Source: Limisphaerales bacterium
Lineage (GTDB): Bacteria; Verrucomicrobiota; Verrucomicrobiia; Limisphaerales; SIBE01
NCBI GenBank assembly: GCA_044225505.1
Contig: JBGAIN010000047.1
Span: 1 to 47,353 of the forward strand
Direction: 5' to 3'
Length of the DNA stretch: 47,353 nt
In this document: piece by piece, positions 1-9,201 of the stretch
Layout: each line of letters begins with the position of its first letter
Numbering within the stretch: position 1 is the stretch's first letter
Position numbers and translations under genes: made by a program
Notes under the pieces: generated by a model
Seen by the model: only the letters and a program-made list of their open reading frames with translations
Database searches by the model: none
Told to the model about the DNA's origin: nothing

Positions 1-2594
1 TGCGTTTGGAGGATGAGTTCGGATTTACGATCGGCCAGCGGTTGAATGGCATCTTGCACGGTGAGGTAAAGGGTTTGCAATTGCCGCAGGCGCTCGTGCA
101 GTTCGGGTGCGGGTTCCTCGATCTGGGGCCCTTGGTCGGCGTGAGGAGGCGAGGGCGGTTCGGTGATCGCAGCCGTGACGCGACCCTCGCGTTCGGCGAG
201 CCGCAGGATGCTTTGTTCCTTCAAGGAGCCGCTGGAAATCGCACGGGCGAGCGGCAACAGAAGCAGCCGCTCCACCGTGCGTTTGAGTGGGCGAGCGCCG
301 AAATGAGGGGAATAGCCCTCGCGGACCAACAATGAAATCACAGATGGATCAATATCCACCGCGAGTTGGCGACGACGAATCCCCGAGCGCTGCAAAACAA
401 CGTCAATCTCGGACCGGGCGATTTGCTCCGCAATTTGCAGGGTGAGGGGACGGAACGGAATGATCCGATCGAGGCGATTGAGGAATTCGGGGCGGAAGAA
501 ACGGGAGAGTTCGCGGAAGGTGCGGTCTTGATCGACGTCAGCCGGCGCGGTGGCGGCGGGTTGGGTGGCGCCAAAGCCCAACGGGGTGGTCGCGGCCGTC
601 GCGCCGATGTTCGACGTGAGGATGACGATGGTGCGGCGAAAATCGACCGTGCGCCCCCGCCCATCCGTGAGACGGCCGGCGTCGAAGATTTGCAGGCAGA
701 GATCAAAGACGTTGACGTGGGCTTTTTCGATCTCGTCGAGGAGCACGACGGAGAAAGGATGTTGCCGGACGGCGTCGGTGAGAAAGCCGTTTTCGTTGTT
801 GCTCCCAATCAAGCGCGTAAAGCCGTCGGTGGAAGCGAATTCGCTCATATCGAAGCGCTTGAGACGCGCGGCGTCGCCGAAGATGAACTCGGCCAGGGTT
901 CGGGCCAGTTCCGTTTTGCCAACGCCGGTTGGCCCGACGAAGAGGAATACGGCGAACGGTTTATTGGGGTCTGTGACGCCGGCTTTGATGAGGGTGACCA
1001 GATCGATCATGGCGTCGACGGCTTCGGGTTGACCTTTGATTTTGGATTCGAAGAACTGACGAACTTGAGCAGCGTCCAATGGGATGGAATCATCGAGGAG
1101 ATCCGCTGGAATACCGGTCGACTCGGAAAGCCGATTCAAGATGTCGCGGAAAACGACGGGGCGTCCGAGATCCCGTTCCATCTTGAGCGCGCTTTGGAGT
1201 AAGCTCATAGCATTCCCCGGACGGTTTACGTGGCTGGAAAACTGATTGCTCAAGTCGAGCAGCTGATCGAGCACCCCATCGTGGAGTTTGCTTTGCTCAT
1301 GCGTCCGGACGGCCCCGAGGATCGCGCGCGTTCCTTCCAGGCTCGGCTCGCTCAACAAGACTTTATCGAAGAGGCGGGCGAGCGACGGGACCTTGCCCAG
1401 CCCGCGTTCAAACTCTTCGGGAGTGCTCTCGCCGAGAAGCAGCACGGATCCGTCTTCGAGATAGGGCCCCAGCGCGCTGGCGACGCTGGAATCGGACTTG
1501 GCCCAGGAACCCGCGGCGGATAAATCGCTGAGATTCGGGACGTACAGTAAAACGCGGCGAGGTTGCCGAATGGCTTGGACGAGCTCGCGCACTTTGGTTT
1601 CCCACTCGCCAAGGTACTTCGTGCCGGACATAAAATCGGCCGGCGAGACACGCAGCACGCGCCAGCCGCCACTTTCCGGCTTGGCGAGTTCATAGACCAG
1701 CTCCTGGACGAGGGCGGTCTTGCCAACGCCCGCGGCCCCAAGCAGTGCGATCGATCGTCGCGGCTCGCGCTGGATCAACTGGAGGAGCGCCAGGCAATTC
1801 TCCTCAATCGCGAAGCCGCGCGGGAGAATGCCATTGAGGGCTTGGGCGCTCAAGTCGGTGCCGAAGCGCGCCAGGACTTCCGGGTCGACACTGACGGTCG
1901 TGCGCGCGGTGACCCACGCGAGCAACCTGGGAAATCGATGGGCACCGAGCGCTTTGAGGATCTTTTCCGCTCTAGAAAGAAGGGAAACGTCTGCAGGTAA
2001 ATGCTGCTCCGTCGGCCCGGGAGCGACGTGGAGTCGTTTTTCGATGATCTCTGCGCAGTGGCGTTGCACGTCGTCGTCCGTGTCGCGAACCACCGCTTCC
2101 AGAAGCGCTTTCACAACGACCGGGGATTCTTGAGCTTCGAGCGCGTCGGATGCGGCGAATCGCACGTTCCAATCGTGGTCCTGGGCCAGGGTGCTCTCTT
2201 GCAGAATCCGGAACTCCGGGCGCCCGGTGGTGCTTTTGAGGGCGGCTTCCCGGACGTCTTCCTCATCATCCGCCGCCAGAGACTTGAGAGCGTCGTTCGG
2301 ACCTTGCCCGGTGTGGCGGCGCAGGATCTCAGCGAGTTTCTGACGGATGCGCGGTTCGGTATCCTGGGTCAGGGTAATCACCTCAGCGATCAGCTCGGGC
2401 TCGGTTCGTTCGCGGCACGCGTCCAGCGCGGCCAGGCGCAGCGAGATCTGCGGCGCGCCGAGCAGCGCCAGAAGCAGCGAAATGTCAGCGTGGTGTTCCT
2501 GCAGCGCAGCGCTCAACAACTTGATCTTCTCCGCGGGATTCTCGTATTGGCCACGGCGAAGACTGTCGATAAGCGATTGGATTTCGTCCGGCAT
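1..2594 (-). CDS. ClpA/ClpB-type two-NBD AAA+ ATPase with N-terminal HEAT-like repeats (3' end outside window)
   Basis: Manually translated single frame from ATG 2594 (MPDEIQSLIDSL...) to the window edge. HEAT-like repeats (DDEEDVREAA, DHDWNVRFAA, DTDDDVQRHC); Walker A1 GAAGVGKT; Walker A2 GPTGVGKT; Walker B2 LLDEIEKAH; FDAGRLTD; GARPLKR. The + strand ORFs at 6-2612 are its codon-aligned antisense shadows. Confidence 0.9.
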   Translation of the reverse strand, partial: MPDEIQSLIDSLRRGQYENPAEKIKLLSAALQEHHADISLLLALLGAPQISLRLAALDACRERTEPELIAEVITLTQDTEPRIRQKLAEILRRHTGQGPNDALKSLAADDEEDVREAALKSTTGRPEFRILQESTLAQDHDWNVRFAASDALEAQESPVVVKALLEAVVRDTDDDVQRHCAEIIEKRLHVAPGPTEQHLPADVSLLSRAEKILKALGAHRFPRLLAWVTARTTVSVDPEVLARFGTDLSAQALNGILPRGFAIEENCLALLQLIQREPRRSIALLGAAGVGKTALVQELVYELAKPESGGWRVLRVSPADFMSGTKYLGEWETKVRELVQAIRQPRRVLLYVPNLSDLSAAGSWAKSDSSVASALGPYLEDGSVLLLGESTPEEFERGLGKVPSLARLFDKVLLSEPSLEGTRAILGAVRTHEQSKLHDGVLDQLLDLSNQFSSHVNRPGNAMSLLQSALKMERDLGRPVVFRDILNRLSESTGIPADLLDDSIPLDAAQVRQFFESKIKGQPEAVDAMIDLVTLIKAGVTDPNKPFAVFLFVGPTGVGKTELARTLAEFIFGDAARLKRFDMSEFASTDGFTRLIGSNNENGFLTDAVRQHPFSVVLLDEIEKAHVNVFDLCLQIFDAGRLTDGRGRTVDFRRTIVILTSNIGATAATTPLGFGATQPAATAPADVDQDRTFRELSRFFRPEFLNRLDRIIPFRPLTLQIAEQIARSEIDVVLQRSGIRRRQLAVDIDPSVISLLVREGYSPHFGARPLKRTVERLLLLPLARAISSGSLKEQSILRLAEREGRVTAAITEPPSPPHADQGPQIEEPAPELHERLRQLQTLYLTVQDAIQPLADRKSELILQT

Positions 2595-2671
2595 GATTGT
2601 CGGCGAGAGTAAATTCCCGAGTGCCGCGCCGCAACGCGCAAAGTGGCATGACAAAAGGCGGGTCTTGCCGC

Positions 2672-2702
2672 TTGACCCGTTGAGGCGACTCAATGCTAAG
2701 CT
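2672..2702 (+). promoter_or_regulatory. Candidate sigma70 promoter for the OPT gene with a small dyad
   Basis: TTGACC (2672-2677), extended -10 TGnTAAGCT (2694-2702), dyad TTGAG-N4-CTCAA (2680-2693). Confidence 0.35.
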
Positions 2703-2711
2703 GCGCAGGAC

Positions 2712-4460
2712 ATGGCGGAACACCGACACATTTCCGGACGGATTCCCCGCCCGGCTGGCACGCGCGAATTTACCCCAAGGGCTGTGATCGCAGGCATGCT
2801 CGTCGCCGCGGTGATGGGCGCCGCTTATCCTTACGTGGTGCTGAAGCTGGGATTCGGCCCGAACGTGTCGGTGGTGGCGGCGTTCCTGGGGTATCTTTCG
2901 TTGGGAGTCTTCAGCCGGAGTTTCAATCGATGGGAGAACAACATCGTTCAGACGGCGGGGACGTCCGCGGCGCAAACGGCATTCATGTGCGTCGTTCTGG
3001 CGGCATTTGACTTGCTGCGACAATCTCCGAAGCTTGGGTATACTTTTGCTCCGACGTCCTTTCAGACGTTCTTGTGGCTCGCGGCGGCCAGTATCCTGGG
3101 GCTGCTCCTGGCGGTACCGTTGCGGCGCCACTATGTCGTCGACGAGAACCTCACTTACCCAGATGGCCTCGCCGCTGCCGAAACGATCATTGTGCTGGAC
3201 AGTCGCGGTCCAGACGCCCGTCAACCCGCGCTCGCCCTGGCTTTGGGCACGATCGCTTCGGGTGTTTTGATGTTCCTGCAACAGCCTTGGGGCGGGCATT
3301 TAATTCCCGAAGTTGTCTTTCCGACCCTCTTTGGACTGACCGCGGCGACGACGGGGGCGGGGGTGGCGGTCAGTTTGCTCGGCGCCGGGTCCGGCATGAT
3401 TGTCGGCAACCGGATCAATATCAGCATGCTCCTGGGAGCGGTGCTCTCGTGGGTCATTGCGCCCAAAATACTCCTGGCGCAGGGGATCATCCAGGCTCCG
3501 ACCCGGGGCGAAATCCTGCGTTGGGTGATGTGGCCGGGAACGGCCATGATTTTGTGCGCGGGCTTGATGTCGCTGGCGCTGCGCTGGCAGACATTATCCC
3601 GGACATTCACGCGTTTATCGCGCGGTTCGATTGATTCGGATGAATTCCCCTTGAAATGGGTAGGGATCGGTGTGGTGCTAGCGACGCTGGCGCTGCTGCT
3701 CATTCAACGGATGGTGTTTGGGGTTCCCTGGTGGATGACGTTGGTGGCGGTGTTCTTGTCGCTGCCCCTCATGCTGGTGGGGTTGCGGGTGTTGGGGGAA
3801 ACCAATTGGGGGCCCATCAGCCAGGTGACAAACTTGATGCAAGCAGTCTTCGCCGTGCTCGCCCCGGGTAACGTGACGACGAACCTGGCCACGAGCGGAA
3901 CGACCGGGACCATCGCGGTGCAATCCGAGGCGATCATGCAGGACTACAAAGCCGGCGAGATTATCGGTTCCACACCGCGATTCCTGACCTACTCCCAACT
4001 GATTGCGGCGCCCATTGGCGCGGCGGCGGTCGCCTATGTTTATCCCGTTCTCAAGAGAACTTACGGCATCGGTGCGGACGGTCTAACGTCGCCGATCTCG
4101 CAGCGTGTGGCGGGTTTTGCCGAGTTCTTAACTCAAGGCGGTTCGGCCATGGGGCGGTATGCGCTTACCTTTGCCATTTTGTTTGGGATTCTAGGGGTGC
4201 TAATCGCGGTGTTCGAGGGGCGGTTCGGCAAGTTCCTGCCGTCGGCCGCGGGCATCGGGATCGGGATGATGGTGCCAGGCGCAGTCGTTCTGGCGATGGT
4301 CCTGGGCGGGTTCCTGCTGGCGGGTTGGCAAAAAGTCAACCGGCCTGGCGCGGATCGGCTCGCCATTCCGCTCGCATCCGGCTTTATTGCTGGCGAAGCC
4401 ATTGTGGCCGTCATTATTCCACTGCTCATTGCGATTGGCATATTATCGCCAAACGGATAG
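2712..4460 (+). CDS. OPT family oligopeptide transporter
   Basis: Many TM helices; motifs ENNIVQTAGTSA, LTYPDGLAAAE, GETNWGP, MQDYKAG, ASGFIAGEA. Confidence 0.92.
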   Translation: MAEHRHISGRIPRPAGTREFTPRAVIAGMLVAAVMGAAYPYVVLKLGFGPNVSVVAAFLGYLSLGVFSRSFNRWENNIVQTAGTSAAQTAFMCVVLAAFDLLRQSPKLGYTFAPTSFQTFLWLAAASILGLLLAVPLRRHYVVDENLTYPDGLAAAETIIVLDSRGPDARQPALALALGTIASGVLMFLQQPWGGHLIPEVVFPTLFGLTAATTGAGVAVSLLGAGSGMIVGNRINISMLLGAVLSWVIAPKILLAQGIIQAPTRGEILRWVMWPGTAMILCAGLMSLALRWQTLSRTFTRLSRGSIDSDEFPLKWVGIGVVLATLALLLIQRMVFGVPWWMTLVAVFLSLPLMLVGLRVLGETNWGPISQVTNLMQAVFAVLAPGNVTTNLATSGTTGTIAVQSEAIMQDYKAGEIIGSTPRFLTYSQLIAAPIGAAAVAYVYPVLKRTYGIGADGLTSPISQRVAGFAEFLTQGGSAMGRYALTFAILFGILGVLIAVFEGRFGKFLPSAAGIGIGMMVPGAVVLAMVLGGFLLAGWQKVNRPGADRLAIPLASGFIAGEAIVAVIIPLLIAIGILSPNG

Positions 4461-4566
4461 CGAGAGGGGAATGGCTCTCTTTGGAAGCGGGCCGCTCTTT
4501 GGCGGGCTCCCAAAGAAGGTCGATGTCGCGTTGACGCCGTCACCCCCAGCCGATACACCGAAGATT

Positions 4567-5784
4567 ATGCAGATCTCCTTGTCTCCCTCCACGTGGCTCG
4601 GTCGCTGGAGCCGCTCGACGCTTTTCCCGGGCCGAACTGCCTTCAGACAGTGCCGCGTCTCGGCGTTGATGGTGCTCGGGCTCTTGTGCCATCGATCGGA
4701 TGGTGGGCGAGCTCAAGCGGTCGCGGGTGCCTCGGAGCATATCAAGGTTTATTACGAATCGGGCCGATTTGCAGGATGGCCCGCGAACCATGGACTCTGG
4801 TCTTGGGGCAACGAAATTCTCGTCGGTTTTAGTCGAGGATACCTCAAAGACTTGGGCGAGCGTCACAATATCGATCGCGACCGGCCGGAGGAACACCTCC
4901 TCGCCCGCAGCATGGATGGAGGCGTGACTTGGTCGATCGAAGACCCTTCCCGCGATGGATCGCTAATTCCGGCAGGGACCGCTTTGCATGGAGTTGCGCC
5001 GCCCGGGTTACGCGAAAGGCCATGGCAAGAGTCGACGGGTGGCATTGATTTCACCCATCCAGATTTTGCGATGACGTTGCGGATGACCGATGTCAGCAAG
5101 GGCCCTAGCCGCTTTTACACTTCCACCGACCGGGGCCATCACTGGCAAGGCCCCTTCCGACTGCCGCTCTTTGGCCAGCTTGGGGTGGCCGCGCGGACGG
5201 ATTATCTGGTGGTTGGCCCGCAGGATTGTTTCCTATTTCTGACCGCGGCCAAGCGGGATGGCCGGGAAGGACGGCCATTCTGCGCGCGGACACGAGATGG
5301 GGGCCGTTCGTGGGAATTTGTCGCTTGGATCGGTGCGGAACCTTCCGGATACGCCATTATGCCATCGACCGTTCGCCTGGGCGATCGGGAACTATTGACG
5401 GCCATACGACGGCGGGATGGAGACAGGGCTTGGATTGAGGCGTATCGATCGCTTGACGAGGGGCTGCATTGGAGCCTGGACACCGTGCCTGCCCCCGAGT
5501 TGGGCACTGGCAATCCAGCCAGCATGATTCTTTTGCGCGATGGACGGGTGTGCCTGACTTACGGATATCGGGCTGCTCCCTACAGTATACGGGCGCGGTT
5601 GAGCAAGGATGGCGGGCGCACCTGGGGCATCGAACGAATTCTACGCGCAGATGGAGGGGGGACAGATATCGATTACCCTCGGTCCGTGCAGCGTCCTGAC
5701 GGCAAGGTAGTCACGATCTACTATTTTCACGACCAGCCCAAAGGGGAACGCTATATCGGCGCGACCTTGTGGTCGCCCGACTGA
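4567..5784 (+). CDS. Sialidase-family / BNR (Asp-box) repeat protein
   Basis: Asp-boxes SMDGGVTW, STDRGHHW, TRDGGRSW, SLDEGLHW, SKDGGRTW; start uncertain. Confidence 0.85.
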   Translation: MQISLSPSTWLGRWSRSTLFPGRTAFRQCRVSALMVLGLLCHRSDGGRAQAVAGASEHIKVYYESGRFAGWPANHGLWSWGNEILVGFSRGYLKDLGERHNIDRDRPEEHLLARSMDGGVTWSIEDPSRDGSLIPAGTALHGVAPPGLRERPWQESTGGIDFTHPDFAMTLRMTDVSKGPSRFYTSTDRGHHWQGPFRLPLFGQLGVAARTDYLVVGPQDCFLFLTAAKRDGREGRPFCARTRDGGRSWEFVAWIGAEPSGYAIMPSTVRLGDRELLTAIRRRDGDRAWIEAYRSLDEGLHWSLDTVPAPELGTGNPASMILLRDGRVCLTYGYRAAPYSIRARLSKDGGRTWGIERILRADGGGTDIDYPRSVQRPDGKVVTIYYFHDQPKGERYIGATLWSPD

Positions 5785-5873
5785 CCAGGCAGAACTCTGC
5801 AGCGGATTCGCGGCGGGAGAAACGGTCGCACGCGCGGCTTTTCGCCCGGCCGCGGGGAAGCTAGAGTCAGCCT

Positions 5874-6821
5874 ATGAGAGCCATGCCTTCGATCGTGATC
5901 GGTTTTATCGTGGCCAGCACCGCCCTGTCGTTGCTTCCTACCTCCGTGCGGGCTGCCGATGCCGAGCCGGCGTCTGCGCTCCGATTTCGCCCGGCGCCAG
6001 AGGGTGGATTCCACTTCGACACCGGAGTGCTGCGCGGTGGGCTTCGACCGGGAGGGAAATCGCTCGGGCTCGTGGGAGTGACCCACGTGCGGACGGGGAA
6101 GCGATTGGATTCGAGCAATGGATTGTTAAGTCATTACCGCGTTTTTACGCGAGGCAAGCGCTATGGAGGCGGGGCTTGGGATTGGCCTGGCGAAGCCGTC
6201 CTGCGTGGGGATGGAGCGGTCGAAGTCCGTTGGACGTCGTCTCCCGAGAGGCTATTCGACTTTGGTGCGGTTTACCGGTGGTGCGCGCCAGATCTGGTTG
6301 AACTGGAAACGACCGTGGCGGCGAAGGCGGATCTGAAAGGATTCGAAGCGTTCGTGGCGAATTACTTTAGTGAATCGTTCACCAACGCCGCGGTCTGGGT
6401 GGCATCGGGCACCCCGGCACGAGGGCCAGGCCATCGACAACCGTTGCTGAAAGAGCAGGGCGACTGGCAGCTCTTCCCTCGAGACCAAGCGGCTGTCGAA
6501 ATCGCGAGTGATGGGCGCTGGCATCTTCCGCCGAATCCGGTGGATTGGACGGTGCGGCCGCGCTTTGCACTGCCCATCGGCGTCCGGGCCGATCCAATAA
6601 GCCAATTGACTGCGGTGTTGCTTGGCCAAAGCGCGACTTGCTTTGCCGTGGCGGCTCCGCATCAAGCGGAAGGGCATCGTTCGATTTACTTTTCCTTGTT
6701 TGGCCGTGACGTGGCGAAGGGCGAAGCCGTCACTGGCAAGGTGCGGATCTGGGTGGGGATGAACCTCACGGACGAGTCGATCGAGGAGGCAGGGCGACGG
6801 CTGCAAAGCGCCGAGAAATGA
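5874..6821 (+). CDS. Secreted hypothetical protein
   Basis: 315-aa ORF with N-terminal signal peptide (VRA-A); TAGAGT -10-like box 6 nt before ATG. Confidence 0.75.
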   Translation: MRAMPSIVIGFIVASTALSLLPTSVRAADAEPASALRFRPAPEGGFHFDTGVLRGGLRPGGKSLGLVGVTHVRTGKRLDSSNGLLSHYRVFTRGKRYGGGAWDWPGEAVLRGDGAVEVRWTSSPERLFDFGAVYRWCAPDLVELETTVAAKADLKGFEAFVANYFSESFTNAAVWVASGTPARGPGHRQPLLKEQGDWQLFPRDQAAVEIASDGRWHLPPNPVDWTVRPRFALPIGVRADPISQLTAVLLGQSATCFAVAAPHQAEGHRSIYFSLFGRDVAKGEAVTGKVRIWVGMNLTDESIEEAGRRLQSAEK

Positions 6822-6915
6822 GGGTGGAGTCGCACTGGGCGCGCTTTCGGGTGCGGACGCACTCGATGGTCTTGTCTAAGGCGAGGAATGCTTTCATGGA
6901 GTGACGGGGCGTGGT

Positions 6916-7941
6916 ATGCCAAACGCCATGACGCTTCCTTCTTTTAGGGGTTCTCGGGTGACACGACGGGCGGCCATCCGCCGTGCTGTCCAGTTGACAG
7001 GCATGGCCGCGATCTTGCCACGGGAAGGGATCCGGAGCGGGCAGGCGGCCCCTGCGCCGTTGCCGGCGGATTCCGACAAGACCTTGGCCAACCGGGGGAC
7101 GTTGAGGATTGCCACGTGTCAATTTCCGGTGAGCGGAAACGCCGCCGAGAACGGACGGTGGATCCGCGATTTTATGAGCAAGGCAGCCAAAGAGGGCGCG
7201 CATCTCTTGCATACGTCGGAAGCGAGCCTTTCCGGCTACGCGGGAATCGATCTACCGTCATTCAAGGGATACGCTTGGGAGGATCTGCGCCGGGAAACGA
7301 AGTCGTTGCGAGACCTTGCTCGGGCTCTAAACCTATGGCTTGTGCTGGGGTCTGCCCACTTCCTGGATGAGTCGACCAAACCGACCAATTGTCTTTACCT
7401 GATCGATCCGGCAGGCGGAATTATCGATCGCTATGACAAATGCTTTTGCACTGGAGGCGATCAACGGCATTACACGGTCGGCTCGCGTTTAGTGACGCGA
7501 GAGATTCGAGGCGTGAAGATTGGGTTAGCCATTTGCTACGACATTTGCTGGCCGCAATTCTACATGGCCAATCGTGAACAGGGCGTGACCGTGATGGTCC
7601 ATTCATTTCACAACGCCCGATCCAAGGGGCCGAACTGTCTGGATACACTTAATGTGCATCAGGTACCCACCCGGTGCGCGGACAATCGGATGTGGGCGGT
7701 GTGTAACAACTCCTCACAACCCTATTCCCATTGGGGCTCTTTTGTGGCCCGCCCGGATGCAACGATTCCAAAGCGCTTGGAAATTAATCAGCCTGGAATG
7801 TTGGTGCATGACTTCCCGGACGGCCTTTCCGAGGGCGGTTGGTATCACAACTTCAAACCGATGCGAAAGCGAGACGACGAGATCATGTCCTGGGGCTCGC
7901 CGATCGCCCATGCGCGTCTGGCCGGGCAAACCGAGCCGTGA
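6916..7941 (+). CDS. Carbon-nitrogen hydrolase (nitrilase family), probable Tat substrate
   Basis: Catalytic triad contexts TSEASLSGY, RYDKCF, ICYD; twin-Arg TRRAAI leader; start uncertain. Confidence 0.85.
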   Translation: MPNAMTLPSFRGSRVTRRAAIRRAVQLTGMAAILPREGIRSGQAAPAPLPADSDKTLANRGTLRIATCQFPVSGNAAENGRWIRDFMSKAAKEGAHLLHTSEASLSGYAGIDLPSFKGYAWEDLRRETKSLRDLARALNLWLVLGSAHFLDESTKPTNCLYLIDPAGGIIDRYDKCFCTGGDQRHYTVGSRLVTREIRGVKIGLAICYDICWPQFYMANREQGVTVMVHSFHNARSKGPNCLDTLNVHQVPTRCADNRMWAVCNNSSQPYSHWGSFVARPDATIPKRLEINQPGMLVHDFPDGLSEGGWYHNFKPMRKRDDEIMSWGSPIAHARLAGQTEP

Positions 7942-8048
7942 TGTTTACCGGCCTTGGCTACCTGGGAAGGACGGGGCTGCGTTAGCGCAGCTGATCGTCA
8001 GGCATTCTCGCGTTTACTCTCGCGGCTTTGTGCATTACGCTGCGCGCG

Positions 8049-8828
8049 ATGGACACTGGGTCTCGAGGGGATACCGAAGCGATCAATTTCACGCCGGACG
8101 CCGTGACGCGAGGCCGTGATGCGGGCTTTCATACCACGCATTGGAGTGCCGTCTTAACAGCTCGGGGCGATGATTCGCGCGCTGCGTATGCCGCTTTGTC
8201 GGAACTTTGCGAGACCTATTGGTATCCCCTTTATGTTTATGTCCGGCGGCGCGGTAATTCACCCGAAGCCGCCGCCGACCTAACGCAAGCGTTCTTCGCG
8301 AAGTTACTCGAAAAGAAAGGTCTGAAAGATCTAACGCCGGGGATTGGCCGGTTTCGTTCGTTTCTCCTGGCTTCGTTAAAGCACTTCTTGGCGAACGAAT
8401 GGGACAAGGCCCAGACCCAGAAGCGCGGAGGCGGGCGCACCATTCTCTCCCTCGATGACGACGTGGCTGAGGAGCGATTTCGGTTGGAGCCAGTCGACAA
8501 TGTGACGCCGGAGATGGTTTACGAACGCCGGTGGGCCTGCACGGTGTTAGCGAATGTGCTGGCTCGGTTACGTCAAGAGTTTGTCGTTCGTAACCGCGTG
8601 GAGCTGTTTGACGAGCTCAAGACGTATCTGACTGGCGACACCGCGGAATTGTCCTACGCGGAGATCGGCTTGCGCACAGGGCTGAAGGAATCAGCCATCA
8701 AAGTAACGGTGCACCGTATGCGGCGTCGCTACGGGGAGTTGTTGCGGGCCGAAATCAGTGCGACTGTGGAGGATCCGCGAGATGTGGAGGATGAGGTGCG
8801 CTGCCTCATCCGTGTGCTGAGTCGCTGA
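8049..8828 (+). CDS. ECF sigma-70 factor (kinase-associated PVC type)
   Basis: FHTTHWSAV, LCETYWYPLYVYVRRRG, GRFRSFLL, sigma4 HTH SYAEIG...KVTVHRMRRRY. Confidence 0.9.
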   Translation: MDTGSRGDTEAINFTPDAVTRGRDAGFHTTHWSAVLTARGDDSRAAYAALSELCETYWYPLYVYVRRRGNSPEAAADLTQAFFAKLLEKKGLKDLTPGIGRFRSFLLASLKHFLANEWDKAQTQKRGGGRTILSLDDDVAEERFRLEPVDNVTPEMVYERRWACTVLANVLARLRQEFVVRNRVELFDELKTYLTGDTAELSYAEIGLRTGLKESAIKVTVHRMRRRYGELLRAEISATVEDPRDVEDEVRCLIRVLSR

Positions 8829-9201
8829 CGCTAGGTTTAGGCATTTCTGTCCGTTGTGATTTCACCAGCACGCGTCTCTGGTCTTCCGTTGTAGGGACCA
8901 GCGCGTCGGGCCTTGAGTTAGGCATGCTGTGACCTGCCGCTGGAAACAGCGAACCCCACGGCCCCACCCGACTCCGCTGGCTCTAAACCAGGAGACCCCT
9001 GCTTGATTCCTTGCTGGCCTCTCTTCTTTTCCATGTTCTGTAACATTTCCACCGAATTCCTTTGGTAAACAGGAGGTGCCGGTGGTCTGGCCACTCGGCA
9101 GGGCCACCGGTAAGCGGTGTAGGGCAAAATGGGCAGTCACAAGAACTATGAGAATCGTCAATTTTTGCAGAAGTGATCGAAGTGACGGGCGTGGGAAGAC
9201 C

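Noticed and set aside
6..2612. Five + strand ORFs (6-335, 366-1202, 1230-1523, 1563-2000, 2001-2612)
   Set aside because: All are codon-aligned antisense shadows of the minus-strand Clp-type ATPase
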